Below, one piece after another: positions 32,243 through 42,322 of a stretch of DNA of 64,000 bases. Within the stretch, counting starts at the first letter, position 1. Each line of letters starts with the position of its first letter. The stretch is taken from contig CAWFIK010000006.1 of NCBI GenBank assembly GCA_963815865.1, positions 284,854-348,853 on the forward strand, read 5' to 3'. Under the pieces are notes generated by a model that did not search any database, was not told where the DNA came from, and saw nothing but the letters and a program-made list of their open reading frames with translations. This DNA comes from an uncultured Acidobacteriota bacterium. GTDB taxonomy: Bacteria; Acidobacteriota; Thermoanaerobaculia; UBA5066; Gp7-AA6. The position numbers were made by a program, and so were the translations under genes.

Positions 32243-34443
32243 AGCGGACTCTTCGGGCCCTCGCGGCCTTTCTCTTCGTTCTGTGCCGCCGCCGCTCGCC
32301 GCGGCGCGCGCGGCCGTCACGCGGATCTGGGTCTGCGACTCGGCGACCGATTTTTCGACGGGGGAGGCGCGGGGCGTCTCCGTCGCCATGGACGGGACGC
32401 TGGTTCTCTCGCGCGATTCGCATCGCGTGGACGGGATCACCGAGGCGGCGCTCTTCACGGCGGTGCGCGACCGCGACGGGAACATCCTCGTCGGAACAGG
32501 CAACGACGGGAAGATCCTGCGCGTCCTCCCGCAGGGAAGGTCGACGTGCTCGCGACGCTGGCGGAGAAGGAAGTCACGGCGCTCGCCGTTTCACCCGACG
32601 GCACGCTCTACGCGGGCGGCTCGCCCGGACGGGAAGATCTACAGGATCGAGAAGGGGAAGCCCGCCGTCTTCTACGAAACGAAGGCGCAGTACATCTGGG
32701 CGCTCGCGTTCTCGGGAACGACCCTCTACGCGGCGACCGGCCTTCCCGGGGAGATCCATCGAGTCAACGCCGACGGGCAAGGGCGAGCGGGTCCACGCGA
32801 CCCGCGATCCGCACGTGCGCGCGCTCTACGTCGGATTCCCGAGGGAGGCTCTGGGCCGGGACGTCCGGGTCCGGCCTGGTGCTGCGCGTCGATCCGGTCC
32901 GGGATCGTGTCGACGGTCTACGACTCCTCCAAGTCGGAGATCACGTCGATCACCGCGGAGCGGCGACGGCCGCGTCTGGGTCGCGGCCTCCTCGGCCGAA
33001 GCGCCGGCCACGAGCCAGCGAGCCGATCTCCGCTCCGTCAGCCCCAGCCGGCGGCCAAGCCCGCGCGCCAGGCGAACGCGCGCGAAGGGGAGAAGGCCCA
33101 GGACAAGCCGGAGGTGACCGTGACGGTCGGCCAGCCGCGCCTGGCTCCGCCGCGTCCCGGGAGCCGGCAGGGCGGATACTCTTCGGAGGTTCTCCTCTTC
33201 GAGGAGGGGGAGCCGCCGCGTTCCGTCTGGACGAGCGGCGACGAGATCGTTTTCGACCTCTCGCCGGAGACGTCGTCCGGCCTCGCGTGCTCGCGGCGAC
33301 CGGTCCCAATGGAAAGCTGTACCGGGTCGGCGCGCAGCCGCTGGTCGCTCGAGCGGACGTTCGACGAGAAGCAGGTGACCGCGCTCGCCGGGGACGCGGT
33401 GGCGACGAACTCGGCCACCGCCCTGTATCGCTTGAGCGACGGCCCGCGCGCGGCGAGTACGTTTCGGCCGTGAAGGACACGGGGCGGACGAGCCGCTTCG
33501 GCGCCTTCCGCTGTGGAGAGCGATGTGCCGTCGGGCAGCCGGCTCGAGTTCTCGTTCCGCTCGGGGGAGTCGGCGACCCCCGATGCGACCTGGAGCGCCT
33601 GGTCCGCGTACGCGCCGGCGGCGCAGGCGTCCACGTCACGGCGCCTCCCGGCGCGCTACCTGCAGTGGAGGGTCCGGATGAGCTCCGAGGGGGACGCGCT
33701 CCCGGTCGTTCGGCGGGTGGAGGCGGCCTACAAGCAACCGCAACGCGACCCCCGTGATCGAGAGCTATCGCTCCTGCGGCTCCCGCCGAGGTTCTCGCGC
33801 GATCGGCCTCGGGCGGAACCAACGTCTTCGAGACGACGGCGCCGGACGAGAAGGGGATCTTCACGAGTCTCGAGGAGTCCAAGTCGGAGCCGCCGCCGCG
33901 CCGCCTGCTGCGGAAGGGATACCGCACGCTGCACGTGGAAGGTGACGGATCCGGACGGCGACACGCTCACGTACGAAGTCGCGTTCAAGCCGGCCGGCTC
34001 GGGCCGCTGGCTCCCGCTGCGCAAGGGAGTGCGCGAGACGTTCTACTCCTTCGACACCACGGCGCTTCCCGACGGCGAGTACGTCTTCCGCGCTGACGGC
34101 GTCCGACGCCGAGTCGAACCCCGAGGAGGGCGAAGGCCGTCCTCGCGCGACTCCTCGCCGGTGACGGATGGACAACACGCCTCCGGTCATCCGCGCGCCT
34201 GCCGGGCGGCAGCGACGTTTTCGAATTCGAAGCGAAGGATGCCGCCTCCCCGATCCTCGAGGCCGAGTACAGCGTCGACGCGAAGGAGTGGGTGCGCGTC
34301 GAGCCGAAGGACGGGCTCTCCGACTCTCCGCTGGAGACGCTACGGATCAAGCATCGACCCGAAGTGGCAAAGGGGCTTTCCTGCTCATTCGCGTGACCGA
34401 CGCCGCGCGAAACGTCGCCGCGGCGAGCTTTACGCTGCCGTAG
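32236..34443 (+). CDS. secreted beta-propeller repeat protein with C-terminal Ig-like domains (about 735 aa; many frameshifts)
   Basis: It has a signal peptide (VKRTLRALAAFLFVL). DG-type repeats are present (DGTLVL, GNDGKILRV, SPDGTLYAG, DGKIYRI, GRLWAGTSGSG). The protein ends ...IRVTDAARNVAAASFTLP. Confidence 0.55.
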
Positions 34444-34451
34444 TTGTCCCC

Positions 34452-34490
34452 GGGAGGGCGGCGGTTTGCGCGCCCGCGTCCCGCCGCCTC
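34452..34490 (+). terminator. GC-rich hairpin after the beta-propeller gene (no U-tract)
   Basis: GGGAGGGCGGCGG (34452-34464) versus CCCGCCGCCTC (34480-34490), giving an imperfect stem of about 10 bp. Confidence 0.3.
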
Positions 34491-34520
34491 GATTCGCGCG
34501 TCATTCATAATGTCCGGCAG

Positions 34521-36212
34521 GTGAAGAAGCTCTTCGTTCTCCTCCTCGTCGTCTTGCGCCGTCGGGGTGCCGGGCAAGGAGACCGCGGCCGTTCGCGCGA
34601 CGCCGCCCGCGACTCTGGCCCCGACGGCGATTCCGGAGCCGGTCCTCGGCTACATCGACGAGACCGCGAAGCGGAACGCCCGTGGACGGCGGCGTCCTGC
34701 GCCGGCGACTCGTCGGCGAGCCGGCGACGTTGAACGCGCGTGCTGCAGTCGGGGCTGCCCGAGCAGCAGGTGCTCCAGTACGTCTCGCGCAACCTGCTCG
34801 ACTTCGACTCGCGGATGCGCCTGGTGCCGGGCCTGGCCGAGAGCTACGAGGTGTCCGCCGACGGGCGCGACGTACCGTTCACACTGCGCCCGAAGCGGTG
34901 TGGGAAGACGGCTCGCCGGTCACGGCGAGCGACGCCGTCTTCACGATCCGGCGGATCGTGGACCCCGAAGATCCCCTCGCCCGTCTTCAAGCCGGTCTTC
35001 GAGGGACTCGAGTCGGTCGAGGCGGTCGACGCCCGGACGTTCGTCGCGAAGTTCCGCGAGCCGTACGCCTACCGCGACATGGCGTTCGTGCTTCCCCTCC
35101 TTCCCGAGACACGTTTCGCGGGCACAAGAACTTCCTGAAGGCGAAGGAGAACCGCGCGCCGCTGTCCGACGGCCCGTACCGGTTCGTGTCCTGGAAGCCG
35201 CAGGAGTCGATCGTCCTCGAGCGCAATCCCGCGTACTTCGGGCGGCGCGGGCATTTCGACCGGGTGGTGTTCCGCATCCTCCCGGAGAACTCCGTGGCGT
35301 ACCGGGCGCTCCTCGCGGGGGACCTCGACGAGACCGCGATCGAGGAGTCGTGAAACGAGGGCGCGCCGTGCGATCCGGAGTTTGCCCGCGTGCTGCCGCC
35401 TCGTCGAGTTCTACAACCTCGACTACAACTACATCGCGCTCGAACAACCGGTCCCCGTTCTTTTCCGACGCCCGCGTGCGCCGGGCGATGACGATGCTGC
35501 TCGACCGCGCCTCGATCGTGCGCGCCCTCTTCCAGGGGATCGGCGCGGATCATCTCCGGCCCGTGGGCGCCGGATTCGCCGGCCTACGATCCCGACGTCC
35601 GTCCTCTGCCGTTCGATCCGGCGGCGGCCGCGCGGCTGCTGGACGAAGCGGGGTGGCGGGACACGAACGGCGACGGCACGCGCGACCGCGACGGGGCGGG
35701 AGTTCGAGTTCGAGCTCCTCGTGTCGGCGGGCTCGAACGCCGGGACGGCAGATCGACGAGATGCTCTCGACCGAGCTCGCCCGAGTCGGCGTGAAGGCGA
35801 CCGTGCGCCCGATGGAGTGGGCCGCGTTCCTCGAGCGGGTCGACGCGGGCGACTTCGAGGCGGCCTCGCTCGCCTGGTCCGCCTCGGATCCCAATCCCGA
35901 TCCCTTCCCTACTGGCATTCGTCGCAGTGGCCGCCGCGGGGCTCAACAGCGGCTTCTACGGAACCCCGAGGCGGACCGCCTGATGGAAGAGGCGCGGCGA
36001 GAGATGAACGAAGGCGCGCGCGGATGGAGATCTATCACCGGCTCCACGCGCTGTTTCGCGACGACGCCCCGGCGATCTTCGTGACGAACGCGTCGGCCGA
36101 AGTTCGCGTTCTCGCGGGCGGATCCGAGGACTCGCGACCTCGCCGCTCGGGTTCTCGGGAATCTGGCCGGGCCCCGCCGCATGGTGGCGAGTCCCCGGTG
36201 GGGCCGCCATGA
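34521..36212 (+). CDS. ABC transporter substrate-binding protein, family 5 (peptide/nickel; frameshifted)
   Basis: It has a lipoprotein-like N-terminus. Fragments include WEDGSPVTASDAVFT, GPYRFVSWKPQESIVLERNPAYFG and FEAASLAWSASDPNPDP. Confidence 0.8.
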
Positions 36213-36245
36213 TCCGCTACGTCGCGAGGCGCCTCGCTCCTAGCC

Positions 36246-37187
36246 GTGCCGACGCTGGCCGGGATCGTCGTGCTCGTGTTCCTGCTCCTCCACCTGGCGC
36301 CGGGCAGCCCGATGTCGGCGCTCGGGGCCGAGTCGGGGCGCCGCGTCTCGGGAAGAGCGGCGGCCGAGATGCGTCACGTCTACGGTCTCGACCGCCCGCT
36401 GCCGGAGCGCTTCGTGCAGTGGCTGGGGCGGGTGGTCCGCTTCGACCTGGGGGAATCATTCGTCGACCGGCGGCCGGTCGCGGTGCGGATCCGCGAAGCC
36501 CTGCCGTACACGCTGACCTTGAACGGGCTCGCGCTTCTTCTGACGCTCGCGCTCGCGATCCCGCTGGGCGTGGAAGCCGGGGGACACCCCGAGGGGACCT
36601 TCGACCGGGTCTCCGGCGCGGTTCTCTTCGCCCTCTATTCGATGCCGTCGTTCTGGGCCGCTCTCCTGCTGCAGACGCTCTTCTCGGTCAAGCTCCGCTG
36701 GCTGCCGCTCTACGGGGTCGCCTCGGACGCCGAATCCTCGGGGCTCGCGGGATTGGCGGATCGGATCTCCCACCTCGCCCTTCCGGTGGCCTGCCTGACC
36801 TACGGCTCGCTCGCGTTCTACGCGCGGCTCGTGCGCGCGGGAGTCGCGGAGGCGCGCTCGGCCGACTACGTCCTGGCGGCGAGGGCGCGCGGCCTCTCCC
36901 GGCGGGAGGCGCTGTGGAAGCACGCGTTTCGCAACGCGCTCCTTCCGCTCGTCACGCTTCTGGGCCTCGTGCTTCCCGGGCTCCTTTCCGGCAGCGTCAT
37001 CATCGAGCGGATCTTCGCGTGGCCCGGGCTCGGCCGGCTCTACTTCGACTCGATCCTGTCGCGGGATTATCCTGTCGTGCTCGCGCTCTCGCTCGTCGGC
37101 GCGGTCGCGACGCTGGCCGTGACGCTCGCGGCCGACATCGCCTACGCGGTCGCCGACCCCCGCGTCCGGGACGGGACCTCGTCGTGA
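36246..37187 (+). CDS. ABC transporter permease (DppB/OppB-like)
   Basis: Intact 313 aa with the binding-protein-dependent transport motif region (ADYVLAARARGLSRREALWKHAFRNA). Confidence 0.88.
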   Translation: MPTLAGIVVLVFLLLHLAPGSPMSALGAESGRRVSGRAAAEMRHVYGLDRPLPERFVQWLGRVVRFDLGESFVDRRPVAVRIREALPYTLTLNGLALLLTLALAIPLGVEAGGHPEGTFDRVSGAVLFALYSMPSFWAALLLQTLFSVKLRWLPLYGVASDAESSGLAGLADRISHLALPVACLTYGSLAFYARLVRAGVAEARSADYVLAARARGLSRREALWKHAFRNALLPLVTLLGLVLPGLLSGSVIIERIFAWPGLGRLYFDSILSRDYPVVLALSLVGAVATLAVTLAADIAYAVADPRVRDGTSS

Positions 37188-38008
37188 GGCGCCTCTTCCT
37201 GCGGCTGCCGGGGAGCGGGAGGATCGCGCTCGCGGTCGTCGTCGGATTGTGGATCGTCGCGGCGTTCTCTCCGGCGGCGGCGCGTTCGGCCTCGGAGATC
37301 CGGCTCGAGAACCGGCTCCTTTCTCCGTCGGCGGCGCACCTGTTCGGGACCGACGACCTGGGGAGAGATCTCCTCGCGCGGGTCGTCGTGGCGACGCCGA
37401 TTTCGCTTGCGATCGGCCTGACGGCCGCGGCGGTGTCGCTTCTCGTCGGCTTCACGGTCGGGGGACTCTCCGGTTACCTGGGAGGAGTCACGGACCTCCT
37501 TCTCTCTCGAGTCGTGGAAGTCGTCCTCTGTTTCCCGGTTCTCTTCCTTCTGCTGGCGCTCGCCGCGTTTCTGCCCCCCTCTCCGGCGGCGGTTGTCCTG
37601 GCGATCGGATTGACGACCTGGCCCGGAGACGCGCGTTACGCGCGCGCGGAGATCCTGAAGGCGAAGAGTCTCGATTACACGCGCGCCGCAAAGTCCGCGG
37701 GAGCCTCGACGGCGCGCATCCTGCTGCGGCACCTGCTTCCCAACGTGCTCGCGCCCCTGCTCGTGTCCGCGGCGTTCGGCGTCGCGTGGGCGATTCTCGC
37801 GGAGGCGGCCCTCTCCTTCCTGGGAGTGGGGCTTCCGCCTCCGGCGACCTCGTGGGGAGGGATCCTCTCGGCGGCGCCCGCCTACATCGAGGAAGCCTGG
37901 TGGATGGCGCTCTTCCCCGGCCTGGCGCTCTTCCTGACCGTGTCCGCCTATAATCTCCTGGCCGAAGGCGTTCGCCGAGCAAGCACGGAGAGAGGCGGCT
38001 ACCGATGA
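37184..38008 (+). CDS. ABC transporter permease (DppC/OppC-like)
   Basis: A GTG at 37184 overlaps the upstream stop (GTGA). Contains HLFGTDDLGRDLLARV and DYTRAAKSAGAS. Confidence 0.85.
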   Translation: MRRLFLRLPGSGRIALAVVVGLWIVAAFSPAAARSASEIRLENRLLSPSAAHLFGTDDLGRDLLARVVVATPISLAIGLTAAAVSLLVGFTVGGLSGYLGGVTDLLLSRVVEVVLCFPVLFLLLALAAFLPPSPAAVVLAIGLTTWPGDARYARAEILKAKSLDYTRAAKSAGASTARILLRHLLPNVLAPLLVSAAFGVAWAILAEAALSFLGVGLPPPATSWGGILSAAPAYIEEAWWMALFPGLALFLTVSAYNLLAEGVRRASTERGGYR

Positions 38009-38484
38009 CTCAACGCATCGCCCTCTATCCCGGCTCCTTCGATCCGCTGACCAACGGGCACCTCGACATCCTGTCGCGCGCCCGCCGCCTGGCCGACGTC
38101 GTCGTCGTGGCGATCCTCGAGAACGACTCGAAGACCCCTCTCTTTTCGGTCGCGGAGAGGATCGAGATGATCCGCGAGATCACGGGGGACGACGTCTCGA
38201 CGCCGGTGCGCTCCTTTTCCGGCCTCCTTGTGGATTTCGCGAGGGAGATGGGCGCCACCCTCATCGTGCGCGGCCTCCGAGCCGTCTCCGACTACGAGTA
38301 CGAGCTGCAGATGGCGCTCATGAACCGCCGCCAGAATCCCTCCATCGAAACGGTCTTCCTGATGGCGAAGGAGGAGTACTCCTACGTGTCGAGCCGCCTC
38401 GTCAAGGAAGTCGCGAAGCTGGGGGGAGATGTTTCCGGTCTCGTGCCGGAGTCGGTCCGGCAGCGCCTGGCGGCCAAGTTCTGA
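38005..38484 (+). CDS. coaD: phosphopantetheine adenylyltransferase
   Basis: Intact 159 aa containing YPGSFDPLTNGHLDI and ISSRLVKEV-type motifs. Confidence 0.95.
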   Translation: MTQRIALYPGSFDPLTNGHLDILSRARRLADVVVVAILENDSKTPLFSVAERIEMIREITGDDVSTPVRSFSGLLVDFAREMGATLIVRGLRAVSDYEYELQMALMNRRQNPSIETVFLMAKEEYSYVSSRLVKEVAKLGGDVSGLVPESVRQRLAAKF

Positions 38485-38494
38485 ATCCCTCCTC

Positions 38495-38935
38495 ATGAGG
38501 GTCGTCGAGACTTCACTGCGCGTCCGTTACTCCGAGACGGATCGGATGGGAATCGTCTATCACGGCCATTACATCGTGTGGTTCGAGATCGGGAGGACCG
38601 ACTACTGCCGGGCGGCCGGAATGCCGTATCGCGTCATGGAAGACTCGGGCCTGCTCATCCTGGTGACCCGCGTCGAGTGCAAGTACCGCCGGTCCGCCCG
38701 ATACGACGACGCGGTGCGCGTCCGGTCGCGGCTGACGGAGCTGGGCTCCCGCGGGCTCTCGTTCGGGTACGAGATCGTGGACGCGGAGGGCCGGCTCCTC
38801 GCGGAGGGCGCCACGCGGCATGTCTTCGCGGACAGCGGCGGCAAGCCTCGACGCGCGCCGGCGGAGATCCTCGAGAGGCTGGAGCGCTTCCGGAACGAGA
38901 GTGAAGAGCCGGCTAGGATCCCAGGGAGTACTTGA
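38495..38935 (+). CDS. acyl-CoA thioesterase, YbgC/4HBT hotdog family
   Basis: Contains VRYSETDRMGIVYHGHYIVWFE. Confidence 0.85.
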   Translation: MRVVETSLRVRYSETDRMGIVYHGHYIVWFEIGRTDYCRAAGMPYRVMEDSGLLILVTRVECKYRRSARYDDAVRVRSRLTELGSRGLSFGYEIVDAEGRLLAEGATRHVFADSGGKPRRAPAEILERLERFRNESEEPARIPGST

Positions 38936-39614
38936 GGATCGTCCCGATGATCTTCCAGCCGGCGCGCAGCGTGCCGGGCACCGTCCCCGTGATCTTCGAG
39001 ACGCCGACCCGGCGGCGGTAGGAAACCGGGACCTCGGCCACGCGCAATCCCTCACGCAGGGCCTTGACCTGCATCTCGCACGTCCATCCGAAGTTCGTGT
39101 CGCGCATGCCAAGACGCCGGCACGCGTCCCAGCCAATGGCGCGGAACGGGCCGAGATCCGTGTAGCGGTGCCGGTAGAGAACGCGGATCAGGAAGCAGGC
39201 GAGAAGGTTGCCGAGGCGGGCCTGCGGAAGGAGCGCCCCCGGCTCGCGGCGCCCGAGGGTCCGGGAGCCGATCACCAGATCGGCCCCGCCGCCGATTGCC
39301 GCAAGGAGGTCCGGCATCTCCTCCGGATGGTCCGAGTAGTCGCCGTCCAGGAAGACCACGACGTCCGGAGGCGCCGCTTCCAGAGCCGCGAGCCCCGCCA
39401 GGCAGGCGCTGCCGTAGCCGCGGCGCGGCTCGCGGACGAGGCGCACCGGCGGTTGCCCGTTGCCTCCCAGCTTCTCGGCGATCAGGCCCGTTCCGTCCGT
39501 CGAGCCGTTGTCCACGACGACGATCTCGGCCACGAGGCCTGCGGGAATGTCCTGCACGACGAGAGGAAGCGAATCCCGCTCGTTGAAGACCGGGATGATC
39601 ACCGATGCCCTCAA
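38913..39614 (-). CDS. family 2 glycosyltransferase (polyprenol-phosphate glycosyltransferase-like)
   Basis: Intact 233 aa. Contains SVIIPVFNE, VVVDNGSTDGT and a DGD motif. Confidence 0.85.
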   Translation of the reverse strand: MRASVIIPVFNERDSLPLVVQDIPAGLVAEIVVVDNGSTDGTGLIAEKLGGNGQPPVRLVREPRRGYGSACLAGLAALEAAPPDVVVFLDGDYSDHPEEMPDLLAAIGGGADLVIGSRTLGRREPGALLPQARLGNLLACFLIRVLYRHRYTDLGPFRAIGWDACRRLGMRDTNFGWTCEMQVKALREGLRVAEVPVSYRRRVGVSKITGTVPGTLRAGWKIIGTILKYSLGS

Positions 39615-40540
39615 GCGACTTCCTCGGCGGGCAGACGCGGCCTCGCGACCGACACCGCGAGTCCCGCGAGGATGAGAGCTCCGGCGACGACGGTCCGCGC
39701 CGTCACGGTCTCCTTCAGCACGAGGATCGCCAGCGCCGACGCGATCAGCGGCTGAAGGAAGACATACACGGCCACCTGCGACGCGCCGGTGCGCGCGAGC
39801 GCCCAGGAGTTCAGCGCATAGGGAATGACGGTGCAGACCACGACGATGCCCGAGAGGCTCGCCCAGGAGAGCGGGGTGACCGCTGCCGGCGAAAAGCGCA
39901 GGAGAGCCGGCAGCGCGAAGAGCAGGATCAGCGGCGCTCCGTAGACGAAGACGCGGGACACGATCGTCAGGACGCGGTAGTGCGCGAGGATCGGCCGGGA
40001 GAGGACCAGGTAGAGCGAGTAGGCGAGAGCGTTGCCGAGCAGCAGCAAGTCTCCGCGCACGTACCGGCTCTGCCAGTCGAAGTGCTGGATGTTGACGAGC
40101 ACCATCGCTCCGACGCTCGCGAGGAGGACGCCGATGGCGGAGGAGAGCGTCAAGGCTTCTCGCCGGAGGATTACCGCGACGCCGAGGGTGAAGACGGGGA
40201 TCGTGGCCGTCAGGATCGTCGTGTTGATGGCCGTCGTCATCGAGAGCCCCAGGATGAAGAGCACCTGGTTGAGCGAGACGCCGAGAACCCCGTAGAGAAA
40301 CACCCGCTTGTGGTCGCCGGGGTCGAGGTTCTCGGCGCGCGAGATCCGCCGGATGGATTCGAGCATCAGCGCGGCGGAGGTGACGCGCAGGGCCGAGAGC
40401 GGAAGCGGGGGAATGCTCATGAGCGCCAGCTTGCCGAGAGTCGGAAAGAGAGCGAATCCCGTCTGCGCCGCGCCGAGCGCCAGGTGGAGCGGCCAGGGAC
40501 CTCCCGCAGACCGGGAGATCGGCACGCGGCGGGTTGTCAC
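39611..40540 (-). CDS. DMT superfamily (EamA-like) transporter
   Basis: About 10 TM helices. I chose the GTG at 40540, which overlaps the ygfZ stop (GTGA). The longer ORF extending to 40837 is Arg-rich and runs inside ygfZ. Confidence 0.75.
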   Translation of the reverse strand: MTTRRVPISRSAGGPWPLHLALGAAQTGFALFPTLGKLALMSIPPLPLSALRVTSAALMLESIRRISRAENLDPGDHKRVFLYGVLGVSLNQVLFILGLSMTTAINTTILTATIPVFTLGVAVILRREALTLSSAIGVLLASVGAMVLVNIQHFDWQSRYVRGDLLLLGNALAYSLYLVLSRPILAHYRVLTIVSRVFVYGAPLILLFALPALLRFSPAAVTPLSWASLSGIVVVCTVIPYALNSWALARTGASQVAVYVFLQPLIASALAILVLKETVTARTVVAGALILAGLAVSVARPRLPAEEVA

Positions 40541-41472
40541 GTGGGAAAGGGGAGCGATGCGACGACGGCGCAGAGCGCGGGCTCGTCGGCCGAGACGAGG
40601 CGATCGCCGACGGCCACGTCGCGGAACGCGTACCCGAGCCCGATTGCTCCGTGGGTCGGGGAGAGGACCGAGCTCGTGACGCGCCCCTGCTCGATCTTGC
40701 CCGGCTCGGTCTCCTCGGGTCGCTTCAAGACCGAGCCCGGAGAGACTCCCCCTTCCGGGAACCGGAACCCGACGAGCCGGCGGTTGACGCGGCCATACGT
40801 GCGCATCCGCGCGACGATCTCCTGGCCGACATAGCACCCCTTTGTCGTCGAGATGGCGGCGTCGAGCCCGACTTCGTCGGCGAGGTTCGAATCGTCCGCG
40901 TCCTGTCCGAACCGCGGTCGCCCCGCCTCCACGCGCAGGATCTCGGCGGTCTCCTCGCCGAGGGGAACCGAGCCGGCGCGGTCGAGCTCGCGTTCGAGAT
41001 GGCCGGCGTTCGCGGCCGCAACGAGGATCTCCGCGGCCGTCTCGCCGTCGCCGGGAAGTCGCGTCGCGTCCATCCCCGCGGGAACCTCTCCGGCGCGAGG
41101 TCCGTAGAGGCCGACCCGGACGAACTCGTCCGACCGGTCCGCGATCTCCACCTTCTGGAAGATGACGAACTTCTTCAGATGCGCGAGCGCCGCTTCCCTC
41201 TCGGACCGGGGAAGGAGAAGCCGCCTTCCATCCGGCAGGCCGATGACCCGAGCCACGAAGAGAAGCTTCCCCTTCGGCGTCAACGCCGCCGCCGGCCGCG
41301 CCTCTCCGGGAGCGAGCGACCGCACCTCCTGCGTCAATTGTCCCTGGAGAAACGCGATGCCGTCGGGCCCCCCGACATCCAGGACCGCGGCCGTCTGGAT
41401 CCGATGCGCCAGGGATTTGCGCGCGGCCTGGTAGTCAGCGGGAATGGTCCGCGTCTCAGGCAGAACGGGCAT
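40537..41472 (-). CDS. ygfZ: folate-binding tRNA-modification/Fe-S repair protein YgfZ (GcvT-like)
   Basis: Intact 311 aa containing GIAFLQGQLTQEV and the KGCYVGQEIVARM signature. Confidence 0.82.
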   Translation of the reverse strand: MPVLPETRTIPADYQAARKSLAHRIQTAAVLDVGGPDGIAFLQGQLTQEVRSLAPGEARPAAALTPKGKLLFVARVIGLPDGRRLLLPRSEREAALAHLKKFVIFQKVEIADRSDEFVRVGLYGPRAGEVPAGMDATRLPGDGETAAEILVAAANAGHLERELDRAGSVPLGEETAEILRVEAGRPRFGQDADDSNLADEVGLDAAISTTKGCYVGQEIVARMRTYGRVNRRLVGFRFPEGGVSPGSVLKRPEETEPGKIEQGRVTSSVLSPTHGAIGLGYAFRDVAVGDRLVSADEPALCAVVASLPFPT

Positions 41473-41478
41473 TTCGTG

Positions 41479-41484
41479 ATTCTA
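41479..41484 (-). promoter_or_regulatory. -10-like TAGAAT, 6 nt upstream of the ygfZ ATG (candidate leaderless promoter)
   Basis: The minus strand reads ...CCCGTAGAATCACGAAATG. Confidence 0.4.
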
Positions 41485-41500
41485 CGGGTGGTAATGGCAT

Positions 41501-41565
41501 GAGGTGTCAGGTTCGAGGGGGTTGTCAGGAGAAACCTGAAACCTGTTCCCTGATCCCTTCCCCCT
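41501..41565. repeat. heptad-repeat element, CAGG/CCTG type (weakly self-complementary)
   Basis: GAGGTGT CAGGTTC GAGGGGG TTGTCAG G ... AACCTGA AACCTGT TCCCTGA TCCCTTC CCCC. Only short pairings are present (41516-41521 with 41560-41565; 41525-41529 with 41549-41553). Confidence 0.45.
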
Positions 41566-42013
41566 ACTTCGGTCCGATCTGCGCGCGGACCGTCGCCTTC
41601 GGGGCGTCGGCGATGTCGAGCGTCCTCATGCGCGTGGAGATCCGGATGTTGTCGTCGAGCTTGCCCGCGTCCACCGTGTCGCTCCGGTCGCTCGACTTCA
41701 CCGCCCGGCCCTCCTTGTCGAAGATGTCCACCCAGATCTGGATCTTGCACTTGACGCTGCCGCGGTTCTCGACATGAAAGTCCCACCAGACCCAGGACTT
41801 GTCGTCCGGCTTCTCGCGGCGGGCCGTGTCGATGTCCTCGCGGCTCGGGAAGTTGCGGAGCGTGACGGCGAGGACCGAGCATCCCTCGCGGGAGAATCCG
41901 ATTTTCGCGTCGCCGCCGTGAGGGATCGTGATCGATTTCTCGAACTTCCCCCCGCTGTCCGCGAGCGCCGCGAGCGATCCGAAGAACAGTGCCAGAACAG
42001 CTTTCCATCTCAT
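41564..42013 (-). CDS. secreted hypothetical protein (149 aa)
   Basis: It has the signal peptide MRWKAVLALFFGSLAALA and a GGGAGGAG Shine-Dalgarno sequence upstream. I recognise no family. Confidence 0.6.
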   Translation of the reverse strand: MRWKAVLALFFGSLAALADSGGKFEKSITIPHGGDAKIGFSREGCSVLAVTLRNFPSREDIDTARREKPDDKSWVWWDFHVENRGSVKCKIQIWVDIFDKEGRAVKSSDRSDTVDAGKLDDNIRISTRMRTLDIADAPKATVRAQIGPK

Positions 42014-42034
42014 GGCGATGCACTCCTCCCGGCG

Positions 42035-42040
42035 TATTAT
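42035..42040 (+). promoter_or_regulatory. -10-like TATTAT, 6 nt upstream of ATG 42047
   Basis: It lies in a 33-bp divergent spacer and is flanked by the 6-bp inverted repeat GGCGAT/ATCGCC. Confidence 0.35.
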
Positions 42041-42046
42041 CGCCAA

Positions 42047-42322
42047 ATGAGCTCCGACGCGGACCGCTCCGACCTGCACGTCATCGACATCTTCATGATG
42101 TCGGTCAAGTGCGGCAACTGCGACACCTACCAGACGATCGTGGGGTTCCGCAAGCTGCCCGACAAGAACGTGTACACCTATGAATGCGAGAACAACCTCT
42201 GCGATCCCAACGTGACCCGCACGATCGTGGAGGTCCCGAAGGAATTCGACAACTCGACCAAGCGAGCGGAGGAGCTTCCCTACTACGCCGGCGAGGACAC
42301 GGCGCGGGAGGAGTTTCCCTAG
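42047..42322 (+). CDS. small zinc-ribbon-like hypothetical protein (91 aa)
   Basis: Contains CGNC...(about 21 aa)...CENNLC. No family recognised. Confidence 0.5.
   Translation: MSSDADRSDLHVIDIFMMSVKCGNCDTYQTIVGFRKLPDKNVYTYECENNLCDPNVTRTIVEVPKEFDNSTKRAEELPYYAGEDTAREEFP

Noticed and set aside
36209-38008. Giant composite ORFs that look like fusion proteins: 36209..38008 (599 aa), 46708..49287 (859 aa), 60065..62599 (844 aa), 21102..23210 (702 aa) and 16002..17729 (575 aa).
   Set aside because: Only part of each is real coding sequence: the DppC-like permease from GTG 37184, the aminotransferase from GTG 48358, the lipA N-terminus plus lnt C-terminus, the transglutaminase-like protein plus leuS N-terminus, and the fabZ N-terminus. 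The remainder is out-of-frame read-through of neighbouring genes.
39611-40837. The full-length 408-aa version of the EamA transporter ORF.
   Set aside because: The first 99 residues are Arg/Pro/Gly-rich, have no TM helices, and lie entirely inside the ygfZ coding region. The GTG at 40540 gives a normal 309-aa DMT protein and a GTGA overlap with ygfZ.
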